From Candidatus Poribacteria bacterium (lineage in GTDB: Bacteria; Poribacteria; WGA-4E; WGA-3G): a DNA stretch of 64,000 bases. Positions 59,963-64,000 of this stretch are shown here, piece after piece. The stretch covers positions 1,696,001-1,760,000 of the forward strand of contig OZ251518.1 in NCBI GenBank assembly GCA_965242965.1, read 5' to 3'. Within the stretch, counting starts at the first letter, position 1. Every line of letters starts with the position of its first letter. The translations under genes were made by a program, and so were the position numbers. The notes beneath the pieces were generated by a model. It did not search any database, had not been told where the DNA came from, and worked only from the letters and a program-made list of their open reading frames with translations.

Positions 59963-60976
59963 ATGATACAGGAAGCAATCCAAAAAGTCATCGCAGGAAA
60001 TTCACTCACCGAAGAGGAGATGGTCAGCACCATGAACACCATCATGGAAGGTAAGGCGACAGACGCACAAATCGCCTGCCTGCTAACCGCGCTTCGGTTA
60101 AAAGGCGAAACTATCGCCGAAATTACCGGGGCAGCACGCGTCATGCGCGCCAAAGCCACACCTGTCCCGACAAAACATTCACTCGTCGTAGATACCTGCA
60201 GCACCGGGGGCTCCGGACTGAACTCGTTCAACATCTCAACCACGGCCGCCTTTGTTGTCGCGGGGACAGGCGTGCCGGTAGCTAAGCACGGCAACCGAGG
60301 CGTGACGCGCCAGAGCGGCAGCGCGAACGTCCTCGCAGCACTCGGCGTGAACATTGAAATCGGGCCAGAACATGTCGGACGATGCATCGATGAAGTTGGC
60401 ATCGGCTTCCTCTTCGCACCGATGCTGCAAGGCGCGATGAAATATGCCATCGGACCGCGGCGAGAAATCGGTATCCGCACGATTTTCAATGCACTCGGAC
60501 CACTCACCAATCCGGCGGGCGCGCAGGCACAAGTCCTCGGCGTTTACGCGCCAGAACTCACCGAAACACACGCGAACGTGCTTAACAATCTTGGCTGCCG
60601 CAACGCCTTCGTCGTGCATGGTAACGATGGACTTGACGAAATCACGACGACGACAACGACGCAGGTATCGGAACTTGCAAACGGCACTGTGAAAACCTAT
60701 ACCCTTGAGCCCACCGAGTTAGGCATTCCGCGGGCAGACGCGGCATCGCTTGTCGGCGGCGCGCCGGAGGTGAATGCCGAGATAACCCAAAATATCCTGA
60801 ACGGCGAAACGGGCGCGCGACGCGATATTGTGGTGCTGAATGCAGCGGCGGCGATTGTCGCAGGCGGGAAAGCAGAGGATCTTGAAGCGGGGTTGGAACT
60901 TGCACGAAACTCTATTGACACTGGAAAGGCATTGGAGAAATTGGAAGGATTGAAGGCAAGATCTAATCAAACGTAG
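59963..60976 (+). CDS. trpD: Anthranilate phosphoribosyltransferase
   Basis: DTCSTGG..FNIST, KHGNR, RTIFNALGPLTNP, DGLDEI; RBS GGAGG. Confidence 0.96.
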   Translation: MIQEAIQKVIAGNSLTEEEMVSTMNTIMEGKATDAQIACLLTALRLKGETIAEITGAARVMRAKATPVPTKHSLVVDTCSTGGSGLNSFNISTTAAFVVAGTGVPVAKHGNRGVTRQSGSANVLAALGVNIEIGPEHVGRCIDEVGIGFLFAPMLQGAMKYAIGPRREIGIRTIFNALGPLTNPAGAQAQVLGVYAPELTETHANVLNNLGCRNAFVVHGNDGLDEITTTTTTQVSELANGTVKTYTLEPTELGIPRADAASLVGGAPEVNAEITQNILNGETGARRDIVVLNAAAAIVAGGKAEDLEAGLELARNSIDTGKALEKLEGLKARSNQT

Positions 60977-61157
60977 GGCGGGGGCCTGTCCCTCGCCATG
61001 CAATCCGTCACGACATCGTAGGGCGAGGGCCTGTCCCTCGCCATGCAACGATCGCGGGGGACAGGCCCCCGCGCTACGGTATCCAGAACGACCCCTCTTA
61101 CCGTAGGGCTTGGGCCCTCGCATGCCACACGCGCATGCGAGAGGGTTTCCCTCGCCA
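60973..61157. repeat. GTAG hairpin array between trpD and trpC
   Basis: Starts at the trpD stop: GTAGGGCGGGGGCCTGTCCCTCGCC. Confidence 0.9.
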
Positions 61158-61178
61158 CGCATCTATTAGGAATAAACC

Positions 61179-61949
61179 TTGATACTAAACACAATTATCC
61201 AACATAAATTGACGGAACTGAAAACTGAACAGGCACAGGTGCCGCTAGCCGCATTAAAAGACGCTATCACAGCCCTGCTGCCACCGCGGAATTTCCGTGC
61301 AGCCATTTCAGCCCCCGGCGCGGTGAACCTCATCGCGGAAGTGAAGAAAAAATCGCCGAGCAAAGGGACCATCCGCGAAGATTTCAACCCAGTCGAAATT
61401 GCCGAAACCTACGCCGCAAACGGCGCAGCCGCCATCTCCGTGCTAACCGACAGCCATTTTTTCGCGGGAGAACTCGGATATCTGTCCGCGATTCGTCAAG
61501 CCGTTGACATCCCTCTCCTCCGGAAAGATTTCACACTGGATGCGTATCACATCTATCAGGCGCGCGCAGCGGGGGCGGATGCCATCCTCCTCATCGTGGC
61601 GGCGTTGACACCGAGTCAGCTGCGTGAGTTTATGGATATCGCGGAAACGTTGTCCCTAGCATGCCTCGTGGAGGTGCATACGCAGGAAGAATTAACGGTG
61701 GCTTTAGACATAAACGCGCAGATCATCGGTATCAACAACCGAGATCTGCGCACCTTCCACACCGATATTGAGACGACGTTCCGTTTACGCGAATCGATTC
61801 CGGAAGACAAGGTGGTTGTCAGTGAAAGTGGGATTCATACGCGTGAAGACGTTGTGAGTCTGCGCGCAGCGGATGTCCAGGCGATGTTGGTAGGTGAGTC
61901 GTTGATGCGTAGTGCGGATATTGGCGCGCAGGTGCGGCGGTTGCTCTAA
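61179..61949 (+). CDS. trpC: Indole-3-glycerol phosphate synthase
   Basis: IAEVKKKSPSKG, ISVLTD, LRKDF, GINNRDL, SESGI, LVGESLM. Confidence 0.97.
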   Translation: MILNTIIQHKLTELKTEQAQVPLAALKDAITALLPPRNFRAAISAPGAVNLIAEVKKKSPSKGTIREDFNPVEIAETYAANGAAAISVLTDSHFFAGELGYLSAIRQAVDIPLLRKDFTLDAYHIYQARAAGADAILLIVAALTPSQLREFMDIAETLSLACLVEVHTQEELTVALDINAQIIGINNRDLRTFHTDIETTFRLRESIPEDKVVVSESGIHTREDVVSLRAADVQAMLVGESLMRSADIGAQVRRLL

Positions 61950-62656
61950 TCTAACGTCTCCCCAACTTCCAACGCGACGATTTCCACACCCTGGTCCGCC
62001 GTTAACTCGCGCAGTTCTTCCGGGGTGCCTGTCAACAACGGGAACGTCCCGTAGTGAATCGGCACGACTGCGGGGACGTTGAGCAATCGCGTCGCGTAAG
62101 CCGCTTCCCGCGGCCCCATCGTGAAGTGGTCTCCGATGGGCAACAACGCAAGATTTGGTTGGTATAGTTCACCGATGATGCGCATGTCACCAAAGACGTT
62201 CGTATCCCCGGCGTGGTAAATTTTATACCCATTCGCGAATTCCAGCACGTAGCCAGCCGGCTCACCGAGATAAACTGTCGTGCCATCTTCCTCCGTGAAA
62301 CTACTGCTGTGATTCGCCGTGACCATGGTGGCTTTCACGCCGCCGACGGTAACGGTGCCGCCCTTATTTATACCGATAGTGTTTTCAACGCCTTTCCCGC
62401 TGAGCCATCCCGCAATTTCAACAATGGAGACAACCGTTGGCGAATGCGTTTTCGCCAATGCGACTGCGTCGCTAACGTGGTCCGCGTGGCCGTGCGTTAT
62501 CAGCATCAAATCGAGTTTGTCAAAGGTTTTGAGGGCATCGGGACATACCGGGTTGCTCATTACCCACGGATCGATGAGGAGGGTTTGTCCATGCGCTTCG
62601 ATTTTGAACGTAGAATGCCCGAGCCATGTGAGTTGAATGCCGTTGTTTAGTCTCAT
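61946..62656 (-). CDS. Metal-dependent hydrolase, MBL fold (UPF0173-like)
   Basis: WLGHS, THGHADH, YHAGDT, PIHYGTF. Confidence 0.92.
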   Translation of the reverse strand: MRLNNGIQLTWLGHSTFKIEAHGQTLLIDPWVMSNPVCPDALKTFDKLDLMLITHGHADHVSDAVALAKTHSPTVVSIVEIAGWLSGKGVENTIGINKGGTVTVGGVKATMVTANHSSSFTEEDGTTVYLGEPAGYVLEFANGYKIYHAGDTNVFGDMRIIGELYQPNLALLPIGDHFTMGPREAAYATRLLNVPAVVPIHYGTFPLLTGTPEELRELTADQGVEIVALEVGETLD

Positions 62657-63780
62657 ATTTTTAAGATTTCCTTTAATCTGCGAGCGATGATTTGCACTTC
62701 GCCCGGCATCAGCGTCTGTCCATTAATCAGCACGCCGTTGCTGCCTGCGCCGGCGATGTCAATCGCAGGTTCTCCCGCCGCAAGTTTGTGAAGAACTGCA
62801 TCCCGTGTGATGCCCAACCGATTTTCGTCAAAACGGATTTCCGTGCGCGGCATCGGCTGTCCCGCTTCGGAGGGAAAACTGCGCTGCACCTCAACTCCCG
62901 GAACATCCGCAAATTCTTGCGCGAAGTAGACAACCTGCTTCTCGTAAACTTGCTGGAACGCGTCGGCGTGTTTCAGATACCATTTTACGGCGGCGAGCAA
63001 GCCTACCATCTCCTCCTTACCTACCTTCATCCCTCTGCCGATGAACGGATGCGGGGGGCCGTTGAAGGCGATGGCATCGATAAGCTGTTGCGTCCCGACA
63101 ATTAACCCGCTACTCTGGGGTCCGCACAATCCTTTTCCGCCGCTGAACATCACCAGGTCTGCGCCCATCTCTGTGAACCGCCACAGATTTTCTTTCGGGG
63201 GCAGTTGCGCGGCGGCATCCACAATGACAGGGACACCGTGCCGTTTGGCAATTGCAATGCCTTCAGCGTAAGGCACCCAGAGATGCTCTCGACTCGGATT
63301 CGCGAAGTAGAAGAGCGCGGCGGTTTTGTCGGTAATCGCTGCTTCCAACTCATCGGGAGAGGTGCCGTTTTCGTCGCCGAGCTCCACGAACGTCACACCT
63401 ACCTGCCGCACGGCGAAATCGTATCCGACGCGCCCGTATCTATGAACGATGACTTCGCTTTTCATCGTTGCTAGGTTAGACTCGCCTGAACCCAACGGCA
63501 GTTGTTCGCGTTTGGCGGCATCAAGTCCAGTGATGCACGCCGCCGTGCTGAGCGTCAATGCCGCCGCGGCACCACATGAGACATACGCCGCTTCGTTATG
63601 CGTCAACCTCGCGAGTTCTTCGCCTACCCGTTTTTGGAGCGCGATGATGTCGACAAAGTGCTTCGATGCCTCTATCATCGCCGTGACAACCTCCACGGGC
63701 ATGATGGAACCGCCGAGGCGCGTCAGCGTCGCGTTGCCGTTGATGATGGTGCGAATGCCGAGTTCGTCGTAAACGTTCAT
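62653..63780 (-). CDS. PLP-dependent SelA/DgaE-like protein
   Basis: TRLGGS, IVDAAAQ, FSGGKGLCGPQSSG, RGMKVGKEE. Confidence 0.85.
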   Translation of the reverse strand: MNVYDELGIRTIINGNATLTRLGGSIMPVEVVTAMIEASKHFVDIIALQKRVGEELARLTHNEAAYVSCGAAAALTLSTAACITGLDAAKREQLPLGSGESNLATMKSEVIVHRYGRVGYDFAVRQVGVTFVELGDENGTSPDELEAAITDKTAALFYFANPSREHLWVPYAEGIAIAKRHGVPVIVDAAAQLPPKENLWRFTEMGADLVMFSGGKGLCGPQSSGLIVGTQQLIDAIAFNGPPHPFIGRGMKVGKEEMVGLLAAVKWYLKHADAFQQVYEKQVVYFAQEFADVPGVEVQRSFPSEAGQPMPRTEIRFDENRLGITRDAVLHKLAAGEPAIDIAGAGSNGVLINGQTLMPGEVQIIARRLKEILKI

Positions 63781-63789
63781 AAGTCTCTT

Positions 63790-64000
63790 GTGTGTTTCAT
63801 AAATCGCTCAACGTCGCGGTGCCAGGCTCCCCCGCGCTACGATGAAAAAACGCCGCCCCCTCACCGTAGGGCGAGGGCCCTCGCATGCCACACGCGCGTC
63901 CGAGCGGGTTCCCCTCGCGAGCGTCCGCGCGCGCCAGGCTCTGTAGGTCAGGATCGCCTGATCCTGACCTGTTTGTGATCGGGCGATCACAAACTACAGA
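63790..64000. mobile_element. Left part of another MITE-like copy, truncated by the window edge
   Basis: GTGTTTCATAAATCGCTCAACGTCGCG matches the left ends of copies 1, 3 and 4. Confidence 0.7.

Noticed and set aside
62653-63780. True selA / selenocysteine system explaining the TGA at 15767
   Set aside because: The protein looks like the shorter DgaE/SelA-like family; no selB, selD or tRNA-Sec is present and no SECIS was recognised.

Overview
Bacterial chromosomal window with about 50 protein-coding genes. Housekeeping genes include polX-PHP, ftsEX-like, topA, accD, msrA, ugd, purN, trpD and trpC. There is also an ATP-grasp/alpha-E/transglutaminase operon, a MazF-type toxin pair, an ECF sigma/anti-sigma pair, and several secreted repeat proteins (LamG, HEAT, ankyrin-metalloprotease-dockerin, and a 2,000-aa FN3/cadherin protein). 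Protein signatures suggest Candidatus Poribacteria, but this is an inference only. No rRNA, tRNA, CRISPR array or transposase was found. The dominant unexplained structure is non-coding: roughly 10-11 kb (my summed spans) of mosaic arrays built from at least 7 families of GTAG-headed, REP-like hairpins with compensatory stem changes. Five arrays sit inside a MITE-like shell with a ~14-18 bp terminal inverted repeat (GAGGGTGTTTCATA...TATGAAACACCCTC) and 8-9 bp target duplications, but the cargo differs between copies. The repeats supply stop codons, have entered coding sequences in frame, are linked to duplicated promoters, and flank accessory genes as locus-specific direct repeats. Separately, the giant surface-protein gene is out of frame at a C9 tract inside a 29-bp motif that recurs in another secreted-protein leader, suggesting a slippage or phase switch.
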